Part shown: in pieces, positions 18,534 through 27,453 of the stretch
Numbering within the stretch: position 1 is the first letter of the stretch
Layout of the letters: every line of letters begins with the position of its first letter
NCBI GenBank assembly: GCA_965219855.1
Contig: CBDCOR010000029.1
Coordinates: 28,886-92,885, forward strand
DNA length: 64,000 nt
Origin: Acidobacteriota bacterium
GTDB lineage: Bacteria > Acidobacteriota > UBA6911 > RPQK01 > JAJDTT01
Reading direction: 5' to 3'
Translations under genes and position numbers: made by a program
The notes under the pieces: generated by a model
What the model was told of the DNA's origin: nothing
The model's input: only the letters and a program-made list of their open reading frames with translations
The model's database searches: none

Positions 18534-21245
18534 ATGCCGAATAAATGGGTCTATGTTCTCGAAGCAGTAGGCCAAGATGAAGCCCTCATGGGCCAGGGTC
18601 AGGAAGCCCTCAGCTCGCTCCTGGGAGGAAAAGGAGCCCGTTTGGCTGAGATGACCCGAATTGGTTTGCCGGTGCCCCCTGCCTTTACGGTCACAACAGA
18701 GGCCTGTCTCGCCTATCTGTCCGACAGCGGGTCCTTCCCTGAGGGGATGTGGGAGCAGATGCTCGAGGCTCTCAAGCAATTGGAAGCCAAGACAGGCAAG
18801 TCCTTTGGGGAGCCCTGTAATCCACTGTTGGTTTCATGCTGTTCCGGTGCCAAATTCTCGATGCCGGGAATGATGGATACCGTGCTCAACATCGGTCTCA
18901 ATGACGAAACGGCCAGGGGAATGGTGGAGCTGACCGGGGATGAGAGATTCGTCTACGATTCCTACCGCCGCCTGGTCCAGATGTTTGGCAGTGTAGCGCT
19001 TGGGATTGGAGATGAAGCCTTCGAAGCGGCGCTCGACGAAGTGATTGAGAGAGAGCGTATTCCTTCCCACTCAGATCTTCGAGCCCAGGACTGCAAAGAG
19101 CTTGTTGATACCTTCCAGCAGATTGTGAAGATGGAGAAGGGATTTGATTTCCCCCAAGATCCATGGGAGCAATTGAGGCTCGCCGCTGAAGCGGTTTTCA
19201 AGAGCTGGAACGGAAGACGTGCTGTCGCCTACAGGAACGCCGCCCGGATACCCCACGACCTTGGAACCGCGGTCAACGTAGTCACCATGGTCTTCGGAAA
19301 TCTGGGCGAAGGCTCGGGCACCGGTGTGGCCTTCACCCGCGACCCTGCTACCGGAGCCAGCGTGCTCTACGGAGACTACCTACTGGATGCGCAGGGCGAA
19401 GACGTAGTGGCGGGAATCCGCAATACCAAGCGAATTCGCGAGCTCGAGCAGGAAATGCACGCAGTATATGGGCAGTTTGTCGAGATCTGCCAGCAGCTGG
19501 AGCGCCACTATCGCGACATGCAGGACGTGGAGTTCACCATCGAACGGGGCAAGCTCTGGATGCTGCAGACCAGGAGCGGCAAGAGAACAGCCAAGGCGGG
19601 CGTCAGAATAGCAGTCGACTTGGTCAATGAGGGACTGATCTCGAAGGCAGAAGCGCTCCTGCGGGTAGACCCATCCGAAGTTGACGCGCTGCTCCATCCG
19701 ACCTTCGACCAGCAGGCCAAGCAGCAAGCGATTGCCGAGGACAGGTTGTTTGCCAAGGGCGTCAACGCATCACCGGGGGCAGCGGTGGGTATGGTGGCGT
19801 TCGATGCCGACACCGCCCAAGCCTGGGCCAAGGATGGACGCGACGTCATCATGGTGCGTCCCTTTACGAAGCCGGATGACGTCCACGGGATGCTTGCTGC
19901 CAAGGGGATTCTCACGACCGAAGGGGGAGCCACGAGTCATCCGGCCGTGGTGGCACGACAATTCGGGGTGCCCTGCGTGGTGGGTGCCAGCGGGATCTCC
20001 ATAGATCTCGACAAGCGTATCCTGAAGTCCGACGAACGGGTGTTGCACGATGGAGACTGGCTTTCCCTGGACGGAACTACGGGAGAGGCGCTGCTAGATC
20101 CTATCCCACTGGCACACCCGAGGTTTGACGAACAGGAAGCTCTACTCACTCTGCTGTTGTGGGCCGACGAGCATCGTAGGCTGCAGATCTGGGCCAATGC
20201 CGATTACGCCGAAGATGCTGCTCGTGCGCGGACCTTTGGCGCCGAAGGCATTGGATTGTGTCGTACCGAGCACGTGTTCTTCGAGGACGGTCGCCTGCCT
20301 TTGGTCCAGAAGATGATCCTGGCAAAAACTGGGGAAGAGCGAGAGCGCTGGTTATCGCAGCTTCTTCCCTTGCAGAGATCGGATTTCGAGGGGATCTTCC
20401 GTGCGATGGATGGACTTCCGGTTATCGTGCGTCTGCTCGATCCGCCTTTACACGAGTTCCTGCCCAACGAGCGGGAACTGGCAGAAGAGGTCACCGCCAA
20501 GAGATTCCAGGACGATAATGGAGACCTTCCGGGACTGGAAACCCTACTGGCGTCGGTGGAGGGCATGAGGGAGGTCAATCCCATGATGGGGTTGAGGGGC
20601 GTGCGGCTGAGCATCTTGATGCCCGAGATCGTCGCCATGCAGGTGCGAGCATTCTTCGAGGCAGCCTGCAACGTGGCCAAGGAAGGGAAGGTGGTCAAGC
20701 CGGAGGTCATGATCCCACTGGTGGGACACGTTCGCGAGCTCGAGACCGTTCAGCCGTTGCTGGAAGAGGTAGCGAAGGCGGTGATGGAGGAAAAAGAGAT
20801 CCAGATCCCCTATAAGTGTGGGACCATGATCGAGGTTCCCCGAGCTGCCGTCAGTGCAGGTGAGATTGCTCGAGTCGCCGAGTTCTTTTCATTTGGCACC
20901 AATGATCTGACCCAGATGACCTTCGGTTATTCGCGCGATGACGCCGAGGCTCATTTTCTACTTGCCTATGTGGAGCGCGGCATCCTGCCAGTGAACCCAT
21001 TCCAGAGGATCGACCGTGCCGGTGTGGGGGAGTTGGTCAAAATGGGCATTGAAAAGGGAAGAGCCGCCCGGACCGACTTGGAGATCGGTGTCTGCGGCGA
21101 ACATGGAGGTGACCCCGAATCCATCGAGTTCTTCCATTCGCTCGACATCGACTATGTGAGCTGCTCTTCGTTTCGTGTTCCCGTGGCCCGACTGGCAGCC
21201 GCGCGGGCGGCCCTTCTGTCTTCCCAAAAGCAACAATCCGAGTAG
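18534..21245 (+). CDS. ppdK: pyruvate, phosphate dikinase
   Basis: 903 aa with an ATP-grasp N-terminus (LGGKGARLAEM), a phospho-His domain (TTEGGATSHPAVVARQFG) and a PEP-utilizing C-terminal TIM barrel (GLCRTEH...FFSFGTNDLTQ). Confidence 0.96.
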   Translation: MPNKWVYVLEAVGQDEALMGQGQEALSSLLGGKGARLAEMTRIGLPVPPAFTVTTEACLAYLSDSGSFPEGMWEQMLEALKQLEAKTGKSFGEPCNPLLVSCCSGAKFSMPGMMDTVLNIGLNDETARGMVELTGDERFVYDSYRRLVQMFGSVALGIGDEAFEAALDEVIERERIPSHSDLRAQDCKELVDTFQQIVKMEKGFDFPQDPWEQLRLAAEAVFKSWNGRRAVAYRNAARIPHDLGTAVNVVTMVFGNLGEGSGTGVAFTRDPATGASVLYGDYLLDAQGEDVVAGIRNTKRIRELEQEMHAVYGQFVEICQQLERHYRDMQDVEFTIERGKLWMLQTRSGKRTAKAGVRIAVDLVNEGLISKAEALLRVDPSEVDALLHPTFDQQAKQQAIAEDRLFAKGVNASPGAAVGMVAFDADTAQAWAKDGRDVIMVRPFTKPDDVHGMLAAKGILTTEGGATSHPAVVARQFGVPCVVGASGISIDLDKRILKSDERVLHDGDWLSLDGTTGEALLDPIPLAHPRFDEQEALLTLLLWADEHRRLQIWANADYAEDAARARTFGAEGIGLCRTEHVFFEDGRLPLVQKMILAKTGEERERWLSQLLPLQRSDFEGIFRAMDGLPVIVRLLDPPLHEFLPNERELAEEVTAKRFQDDNGDLPGLETLLASVEGMREVNPMMGLRGVRLSILMPEIVAMQVRAFFEAACNVAKEGKVVKPEVMIPLVGHVRELETVQPLLEEVAKAVMEEKEIQIPYKCGTMIEVPRAAVSAGEIARVAEFFSFGTNDLTQMTFGYSRDDAEAHFLLAYVERGILPVNPFQRIDRAGVGELVKMGIEKGRAARTDLEIGVCGEHGGDPESIEFFHSLDIDYVSCSSFRVPVARLAAARAALLSSQKQQSE

Positions 21246-21269
21246 TCAAAGCCTTCCGTCTTTCACTTG

Positions 21270-22295
21270 CTACTCTGCCTTCTTTTTCAGCTCTGCCACT
21301 TCGCGCTCCAGGTCTCGGATCGTTCGTACCAGTTCAGGGAATCTATGCATCAGTAGATAGTTTCGTTTCCAGAGACCCGTGTCCATTTCGGGTGCTCCAG
21401 ATACCGTCTTTCCCGGAGCCACAGATCGTCCGATTCCTGTCCGTGCGGTGGCGATTACCCGGTCTCCTATGGTCAGGTGACCCGCTACTCCCACTTGACC
21501 GGCCAGGGTTACCTGATTCCCCACCCGGGTGGTTCCGGCCAGACCTACCTGAGCCGCAAGCACGGTGTGCTCACCGATTACGGAACCGTGTCCAATCTGA
21601 ACCAGGTTGTCGATTTTTGTGCCGAGTCCCACCCTTGTTTCCCCAACCGTTGCGCGGTCTATACAGGAGTTGGCCCCCACCTCCACCTCGTCCTCCAAAA
21701 CCACGATTCCCGACTGGACCATCTTGAAATAGCTTCCGTCTGCCCGGGGAGCGAATCCGAATCCGTCACCGCCTACCACGGCTCCATTCTGGAGAACCAC
21801 CCGATTGCCGATCTTGCAATGCTCGCGCACGATCGCATGGGAGTGAGCCAGAAAATCGTCGCCGATTTCCACGTGTGGATAGATGGTGACGTTGGGATAG
21901 AGGATCGCGTTTTCGCCCAACCGAGTCCCTTCCGCGATCACCACATTAGGACCGACGGAGTGGCCTTCTCCCAAGACGGCACTCTCGGCCACGTAGGCCG
22001 TTGGATGGATACCGGGAATTGGCTCCGGAGGTGTGTAGAAGAGGCTGATGGCTTTGGCAAACGCCAGATAGGGGTTATCCGAGATCAGCGTGGGAATGCT
22101 CGATTGAGGTCCATCTCGAGAGAGTAGGATAGCGCCGGCACGAGTCTCTTTCAGCTTCGAGAAATACTTGGGATTGGACACGAAGGTCAACTGCCGCTTC
22201 GTGGCTTCTTCGATGCCTGTGACCCCATCGATCTCAATCTCGGGGGAACCCTGCAGTTCGCATTCTAGTTTCCTCGCGATCTTTCCAAGTCTCAT
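21270..22295 (-). CDS. lpxD: UDP-3-O-acylglucosamine N-acyltransferase
   Basis: 341 aa with the LpxD N-domain followed by left-handed beta-helix hexapeptide repeats. Confidence 0.93.
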   Translation of the reverse strand: MRLGKIARKLECELQGSPEIEIDGVTGIEEATKRQLTFVSNPKYFSKLKETRAGAILLSRDGPQSSIPTLISDNPYLAFAKAISLFYTPPEPIPGIHPTAYVAESAVLGEGHSVGPNVVIAEGTRLGENAILYPNVTIYPHVEIGDDFLAHSHAIVREHCKIGNRVVLQNGAVVGGDGFGFAPRADGSYFKMVQSGIVVLEDEVEVGANSCIDRATVGETRVGLGTKIDNLVQIGHGSVIGEHTVLAAQVGLAGTTRVGNQVTLAGQVGVAGHLTIGDRVIATARTGIGRSVAPGKTVSGAPEMDTGLWKRNYLLMHRFPELVRTIRDLEREVAELKKKAE

Positions 22296-22319
22296 GGATA
22301 CAGATTACAGGATGAAGGG

Positions 22320-22363
22320 TCACAAGTCACAAGTCGCAAGTCTCAGGTATCAGGTCGGAGGTT
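22320..22363. repeat. 7-nt-periodic degenerate tract (TCACAAG TCACAAG TCGCAAG TCTCAGG TATCAGG TCGGAGG)
   Basis: Read directly from the sequence. It abuts the left end of MITE copy A and is the inverted counterpart of 22626-22688. Confidence 0.8.
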
Positions 22364-22367
22364 CTAG

Positions 22368-22542
22368 CCCGCATTTCTCATCGCTTGTCGTAGCGAGGCA
22401 CCGCAAGGGCCGTCCTGGCAAGGCTTGCGACCGAGGCCGCCGCAGTCGTACTTGTACAGTACGTCGAGGAGGCCGACCGAGCATAACACAGCCAGGGCGG
22501 ATGATTGCGGCGCCGCAGTAGACCAGCGATGAGAAATGCGGG
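22368..22542. mobile_element. MITE-like element, copy A (175 bp)
   Basis: Perfect 20-bp terminal inverted repeats (CCCGCATTTCTCATCGCT... / ...AGCGATGAGAAATGCGGG) flanked by direct CTAG (22364-22367 and 22543-22546). It is homologous to the copies at 25828 and 60836. Confidence 0.85.
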
Positions 22543-22625
22543 CTAGTTTGTAGACCGTAGATTCTGCACTCTGTGGTGTTGGGCCGAGTTTTGAATGCCT
22601 GCACCAGTGAAAGAAGGGCATGAAA

Positions 22626-22688
22626 CTTGCGACCTGCGGCTTGCGACCTGAGACCCTCAGCTGTCCCCTGTCACCCATACCCTGTAAC
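22626..22688. repeat. 7-nt-periodic degenerate tract (CTTGCGA CCTGCGG CTTGCGA CCTGAGA CCCTCAG CTGTCCC CTGTCAC ...)
   Basis: Its units are reverse complements of those at 22320-22363 and 24867-24901 (TCGCAAG, TCTCAGG). It lies just upstream of the murJ ATG. Confidence 0.8.
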
Positions 22689-22701
22689 GTGCAGACGTCG
22701 A

Positions 22702-24303
22702 ATGAACGAGCAGAAACGGGAAGAGCAGCGGGTCCAAACGACTCGCGCGGCGCGCAGCGTGAGTTTCGCTGTTTTTCTGAGCCGGATCTTGGGGTTGGTC
22801 CGGGAGCAGGTGTTCGCCAAGCTGTTCGGGACGGGGATTTTCAACGAGGCCTTCCAGGTTGCCTTCCGAATCCCCAACCTGCTTCGAGATCTCTTTGCCG
22901 AGGGCGCGCTCAGCTCGGCCTTCGTTCCGATCTTCACCGACTACCTCCGCAAGAAAGGCCGAGCCGAAGCATGGCTGTTGGCCAATCTGGTCGTCGGTGT
23001 CCTCCTCCTGCTGCTGGGTGTCCTCACCCTGATTCTGTTGTTTTTCTCAGACCAGTTCGTGTATCTCCTGGCAGCCGGCTATGCCAAGGTTCCGGGCAAG
23101 CTGGAAGTGACCTCTAGTCTCATCAAGATCCTCTCGCCCTTCTTGATGCTAATTGCGTTGGCTTCGTTGGTCATGGGCATGCTCAACACGCTCAACCATT
23201 TCTTCCTCCCTGCCTTGGCTCCCGCCCTTTTCAATGTCGCTCTGATCGGTTCCGGCTTCTTCCTGGTCCCGTGGTTTGAGCAGTGGGGCATCGTTCCGAT
23301 CTATGCGATGGGTGTGGGGGCGGTGGTGGGCGGGCTGCTGCAGTTGGTCGTGCAGCTTCCGATTCTGCACAGATACGGGTATCGTCCCCGTCTCACTTTC
23401 GACTTCTATCATGAAGGTCTTCGACGGATAGGTCGTCTGGTGGCACCCGCCCTGTTAGGGATCAGTGCAGTCCAGATCAACGTCGTGGTGAACACCCAAC
23501 TGGCCTCTTTTCTGCAAGCCAATGGGCCGGTTTCCTGGCTGGGCTTCGCCTTTCGCGTGCTTTATCTCCCGATTGGACTATTCGGTGTCGCCGTGGGCGT
23601 CGTGAACTTGCGGGAAGTTTCCCGCCTGGCGGCCGAAGAAAGGTGGGAGGATATCAAAGCGACGGTGTCCCACTCGGTCAAATTGATTTCGCTGCTGTCG
23701 CTACCCTCCACAGTCGGATTGATCGTCCTGGCCAATCCGATCGTGGAGCTGATTTTTGAGCGGGGACGTTTCTCCTCCAGCGATACAACTCACACGGCCT
23801 ACGCCCTCATATGCTATTCCCTAGGGCTCTTTTCCTACAGCTGTGTCAAGATCTACGTCCCCACCTTCTACGCCCTGGGAGACACCCGTACGCCAGTACA
23901 CAGCAGCATCCTCGCGGTTGCGACCAACATCTCGGTGAATCTGGCTCTGATTGCTGTGCTTCCCGCGGGGTATAGATATCTTGGCCTGGCCACCGGCACT
24001 TCTCTTTCGATGGGCCTTAACAACGCGCTGCTGGCGTATCGGTTCGGGGCAAGGTGGGGTACCCTTCAGGCTTACAAGGTCGGCTCCACCGTAGGCAAGA
24101 ATCTGGTCGCAGCGGCTGTGATGGGCGTGGTGGTCTATTTTCTCAACCAGTGGTTCCAATCCATCTGGGAAAGCATGGAAACTTTTCATCTGTTGCTATC
24201 GGTATCAAGCACCATCGGTGTCGGAGTCCTGGTGTACTTTGTTTGCTGTCGGCTATTGGGCGTTGAAGAGATCCGGTACATATTTTCACGCCTGCGGACT
24301 TAG
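22702..24303 (+). CDS. murJ: lipid II flippase MurJ
   Basis: MurJ/MviN pattern (SRILGLVREQVFAKLFG, AFQVAFRIPNLLRDLFAEGALSSAFVP) with about 14 TM segments. I chose the ATG at 22702 over the upstream alternative start at 22627, which lies inside the heptamer tract. There is no obvious SD. Confidence 0.9.
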   Translation: MNEQKREEQRVQTTRAARSVSFAVFLSRILGLVREQVFAKLFGTGIFNEAFQVAFRIPNLLRDLFAEGALSSAFVPIFTDYLRKKGRAEAWLLANLVVGVLLLLLGVLTLILLFFSDQFVYLLAAGYAKVPGKLEVTSSLIKILSPFLMLIALASLVMGMLNTLNHFFLPALAPALFNVALIGSGFFLVPWFEQWGIVPIYAMGVGAVVGGLLQLVVQLPILHRYGYRPRLTFDFYHEGLRRIGRLVAPALLGISAVQINVVVNTQLASFLQANGPVSWLGFAFRVLYLPIGLFGVAVGVVNLREVSRLAAEERWEDIKATVSHSVKLISLLSLPSTVGLIVLANPIVELIFERGRFSSSDTTHTAYALICYSLGLFSYSCVKIYVPTFYALGDTRTPVHSSILAVATNISVNLALIAVLPAGYRYLGLATGTSLSMGLNNALLAYRFGARWGTLQAYKVGSTVGKNLVAAAVMGVVVYFLNQWFQSIWESMETFHLLLSVSSTIGVGVLVYFVCCRLLGVEEIRYIFSRLRT

Positions 24304-24495
24304 TAAACTGGAACACTACTGTCCGGTTGAACTATTCAGATATCGTGACAACATAAGTGTAATCCATCAGTTACAAGGACAATAGACTGGAATCGACTTC
24401 AAATGGGACTTCCGCCGTTGCCCAACTGGTGTGGGTTCAGTTCGACCTTGTTGTCGGAAAGGAGGGGAAAGGGGTCCCGTCAGAGCAAGCGAGGT

Positions 24496-24681
24496 CAATC
24501 CCGACGGGATTGCGTATTCCAGCCCAGGGTTTCCGAACCCTGGGTAACAGACATCCCCTTTGATTTCAACCCTATAGGGGTTGCGAAACGCACAACCCTT
24601 TCAGGGTTGAAATCCAGGGGCGGCGCCGTTCACCCAGGGTTCGGAAACCCTGGGCTGAAATACAGAATCCCTTCAGGATTC
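24496..24681. repeat. composite hairpin array, copy 2
   Basis: CAATCCC-gac-GGGATTG, CCCAGGGTT-tccg-AACCCTGGG, CAACCC-n-GGGTTG, CAACCCT-ttc-AGGGTTG, CCCAGGGTT-cgga-AACCCTGGG, GAATCC-cttca-GGATTC. The order is the same as at 13884-14104. Confidence 0.85.
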
Positions 24682-24866
24682 ACCTCCCTCCTATGCACTC
24701 AGGGCCGCCAGTCACGGCGCAAGCTGACCTCAATTGTCGGAACTACTCCGTTCGAGCAAATCCCGGTTCTTCAACCACTTAGACCTTGGGACTTGCAAGG
24801 TTAAGCAGGTCACATCGCTAACCATTTGATATTATTTGACTTTTAACCGGACAGTAGTAGAAGGGG

Positions 24867-24901
24867 TCTCAGGTCTCAGGTCGCAAGTCGCAGCTCGCTA
24901 A
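24867..24901. repeat. 7-nt-periodic tract (TCTCAGG TCTCAGG TCGCAAG TCGCAGC TCGCTAA)
   Basis: Read directly from the sequence. It uses the same unit family as 22320-22363 and lies 30 bp upstream of xerD. Confidence 0.75.
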
Positions 24902-24930
24902 TGACTCAACGGGACTGTTGAACAACAACC

Positions 24931-25818
24931 ATGCAGGAGCGGGCATTTACGAGCTATCTCAATCATCTGGAGGTAGAGCGAGGCCTGGCTCGAAACACGC
25001 TAGAAGCGTACCGCCGGGACGGAGAGGGCTTTCTTGCCTTTCTTCAAGCAAAGGGTTGGGATCTGGGAGGTGTGGGTAGGGACGACCTCTTCGAATACGT
25101 TCGACACCTGCACCTGCGCCTTTCCGTTCGCTCCATCGGTCGCAAGATTGTCAGCCTGCGATCGCTCTACCGCTTTCTGCTCCTCGACGGCTACATTAGT
25201 GAAGATCCAACCGAGACTCTCGACTCGCCAAGGACCTGGAGAAGCCTTCCCAGCTACCTGACTCAAGCAGAGGTGGAGCAACTGCTGGCGGCACCGGACG
25301 TTTCGAAACCCCATGGCCTGCGGGACCGGACCATGCTGGAAGTCCTCTACGCGACGGGTCTGCGGGTGAGCGAGCTAGTAGGACTACGGATCCGAGAAGT
25401 GGATCTGGAGGCGGGTTTCCTCAGGACCATGGGCAAGGGGAGCAAGGAAAGAATCGTCCCCCTGGGCGACGCCGCAATTGACTATTTAAAAAGGTATCTT
25501 CGAGAATCGCGCCCACATTTCCTACGCGGACGCCTGGCCAGCCCCTTCCTCTTCCTGACCCAGCAGGGAGGCCCCATGACCCGGCAGTATTTCTGGCAGT
25601 TGATCGTCAAGTACGGCCGGAGATCCAGCCTGAGCAAGAAGCTCAGCCCCCACGTACTACGGCACAGTTTTGCCACCCATCTGCTCGAGAACGGAGCCGA
25701 TCTCAGAGCGGTCCAAGTAATGCTGGGTCACGCCGACATCTCCACCACCCAGATCTACACCCATGTGACACGGGAGCGGCTGAAGCAGATCTACCAGAAG
25801 TTTCATCCTCGAGCGTGA
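24931..25818 (+). CDS. xerD: site-specific tyrosine recombinase, XerD/XerC family
   Basis: 295 aa with an N-terminal SAM-like domain and the catalytic R..HxxR..Y signature (LRHSFATHLLENGADLR...LGHADISTTQIYTHV). The XerD versus XerC assignment is not certain. Confidence 0.85.
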   Translation: MQERAFTSYLNHLEVERGLARNTLEAYRRDGEGFLAFLQAKGWDLGGVGRDDLFEYVRHLHLRLSVRSIGRKIVSLRSLYRFLLLDGYISEDPTETLDSPRTWRSLPSYLTQAEVEQLLAAPDVSKPHGLRDRTMLEVLYATGLRVSELVGLRIREVDLEAGFLRTMGKGSKERIVPLGDAAIDYLKRYLRESRPHFLRGRLASPFLFLTQQGGPMTRQYFWQLIVKYGRRSSLSKKLSPHVLRHSFATHLLENGADLRAVQVMLGHADISTTQIYTHVTRERLKQIYQKFHPRA

Positions 25819-25827
25819 TAAGACTAA

Positions 25828-25901
25828 CCCGGATTTCTCATCGCTTGTCGTAGCGAGGCGCCGCAAGGGCCGTCCTGGCAAGGCTTGCGACCGAGACCAC
25901 T
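25828..25901. mobile_element. MITE-like element copy B, left part (interrupted by IS21-family element)
   Basis: It starts CCCGGATTTCTCATCGCTTGTCG after CTAA (25824-25827). Sequence identity to copy C stops at ...GACCGAGACCACT. Confidence 0.85.
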
Positions 25902-25980
25902 TGATTGGCGACAGTTAGAATTTCCCACGACGACAAATAGAATTCCCCACTTTTTCAGGGCTGATCCTGACCATGAGGGC

Positions 25981-27453
25981 ATGGTTAAGGATCAGCAAGT
26001 GCGGAGGTTAGTAAAGTTGCAAAAGAACGAGAAGACGCTAACGATGGCGGCGGCCAAAGCGGGGCTGTCGCGAAAGACGGCTCGGAAGTACCTGAAGTCG
26101 GGAAAGCTGCCGAGCCAGAGTCAGCCGGAGCGATATTGGCGAACTCGATCGGATCCGTTCGAGTCGGTGTGGCCAGAGGTGGAAGAGATCCTGAAGCGAT
26201 CTCCGACGGTGGAAGCGACAGCGGTGTTCGAGTATTTGTGCCGCCAGCAGGAAGGGGCCTTCCAGCAAGGTCAGTTGAGGACGCTGCAGCGCAGGATCAA
26301 GCAGTGGAAGGCACAACACGGAGAAGCGAAGGAGGTGATGTTCCCGCAGAAGTATCGGCCGGGACATCAATCTCAATCGGACTTTACGTTTATGGGGCGT
26401 CTGGGAGTGACGATCCAGGGCCAGCCGTTTCCCCATCTGCTGTACCACTTTGTTTTGGCCTACTCGAACTGGGAAGCGACCACGCTGTGTTTCAGTGAGT
26501 CCTTTGAGAGCCTCAGCCTGGGGCTTCAGAACGCGTTGTGGGAGTTGGGGGCGCTGCCCGAGGAACACCGAACAGACCGGCTTTCGGCGGCCGTCAACAA
26601 CCTGAAACGGGAAGAGTTCACCGAGCGCTATCAAGGGTTGCTGAGACACTTCGGGATGCGCTCGAGTCGCACCCAGGCAGGAAAGGCTCACGAGAACGGG
26701 GATGTGGAACAGGCCCATCACCGCTTGAAACGGGCCATCGAGCAGGAACTGCTGCTGCGGTGTAGCCGTGATTTTTCCAGCCGGGAAGAGTACGAGGGTT
26801 TTGTAGCGGTGATTGTGGACCGGCGCAATGCGACCCGGCAAAAGCGCCTGGGAGAAGAGCTGGCCGTGATGCGCCCGTTGCCGGCACGCCGTCTGGATGA
26901 CTTCACCCGGCAGTGGGTGAGAGTCTCCCCCAGCAGTACGATCCGGGTTCGCCACAACACCTATTCGGTGGACAGCCGGTTGATCGGCGAGCGGGTGCAG
27001 GTGAGGGTGTGGGCGGATCAGGTGGAGGTCTACTACGGGGGTCAGCCACAGGCACGCATGCCTCGCTTGCGAGGAGAAGGCAAGCATCGCATTGACTACC
27101 GGCAGGTGATCCATTCCCTGGTGCGCAAGCCGGGGGCGTTCACTCGCTATCGCTGGCGCGAGGATCTGTTTCCGGGGATCTTGTTTCGAGTCGCCTACGA
27201 CGAGCTGCGCCAAGATTGTCCAGCCACGGCGGATCGCCAGTATCTGAAGATCCTCGAGTTGGCTGCCCAGGAAGGTGAGCAGCGAGTGCGAGAGGCACTT
27301 CAGGGGCTGATTGAGAGGGGACAAAGAATCCGTTTCGAAGCACTACGAGAATGCCTCGTCGATCCGGTGGTGGAGCCCTGGGAAGTGGCGGTGGAGAAGA
27401 TGGACGTGGGCGTCTACGACACGCTGCTGGAGAGCCGGGAGGTGAGATCATGA
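25981..27453 (+). CDS. istA: IS21-family transposase IstA
   Basis: An HTH N-terminus plus a DDE integrase core (HQSQSDFT...HRTDRLSAA...ENGDVEQAH). I prefer the ATG at 25981 over the upstream alternative start at 25885. Confidence 0.9.
   Translation: MVKDQQVRRLVKLQKNEKTLTMAAAKAGLSRKTARKYLKSGKLPSQSQPERYWRTRSDPFESVWPEVEEILKRSPTVEATAVFEYLCRQQEGAFQQGQLRTLQRRIKQWKAQHGEAKEVMFPQKYRPGHQSQSDFTFMGRLGVTIQGQPFPHLLYHFVLAYSNWEATTLCFSESFESLSLGLQNALWELGALPEEHRTDRLSAAVNNLKREEFTERYQGLLRHFGMRSSRTQAGKAHENGDVEQAHHRLKRAIEQELLLRCSRDFSSREEYEGFVAVIVDRRNATRQKRLGEELAVMRPLPARRLDDFTRQWVRVSPSSTIRVRHNTYSVDSRLIGERVQVRVWADQVEVYYGGQPQARMPRLRGEGKHRIDYRQVIHSLVRKPGAFTRYRWREDLFPGILFRVAYDELRQDCPATADRQYLKILELAAQEGEQRVREALQGLIERGQRIRFEALRECLVDPVVEPWEVAVEKMDVGVYDTLLESREVRS

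Noticed and set aside
22168-22678. ORFs of 84-117 aa crossing MITE copy A (similar ones at 28454-28889 and 60892-61224).
   Set aside because: The same peptides (..SPHFSSLVVAR..GRPGKACDR..) recur wherever the MITE occurs and on both strands, so they are repeat translations.
24403-24804. The 133-aa ORF spanning the second hairpin array (and 13970-14254 over the first).
   Set aside because: The frame is held open by the palindromic repeats. The peptide (..PGFGNPGLKYRIPSGF..) is the translation of hairpin units, and no start signals are present.
26038-27324. The 428-aa ORF antisense to istA.
   Set aside because: It is a low-complexity Arg/Pro/Leu-rich shadow ORF. The sense strand carries clear IS21 IstA motifs.
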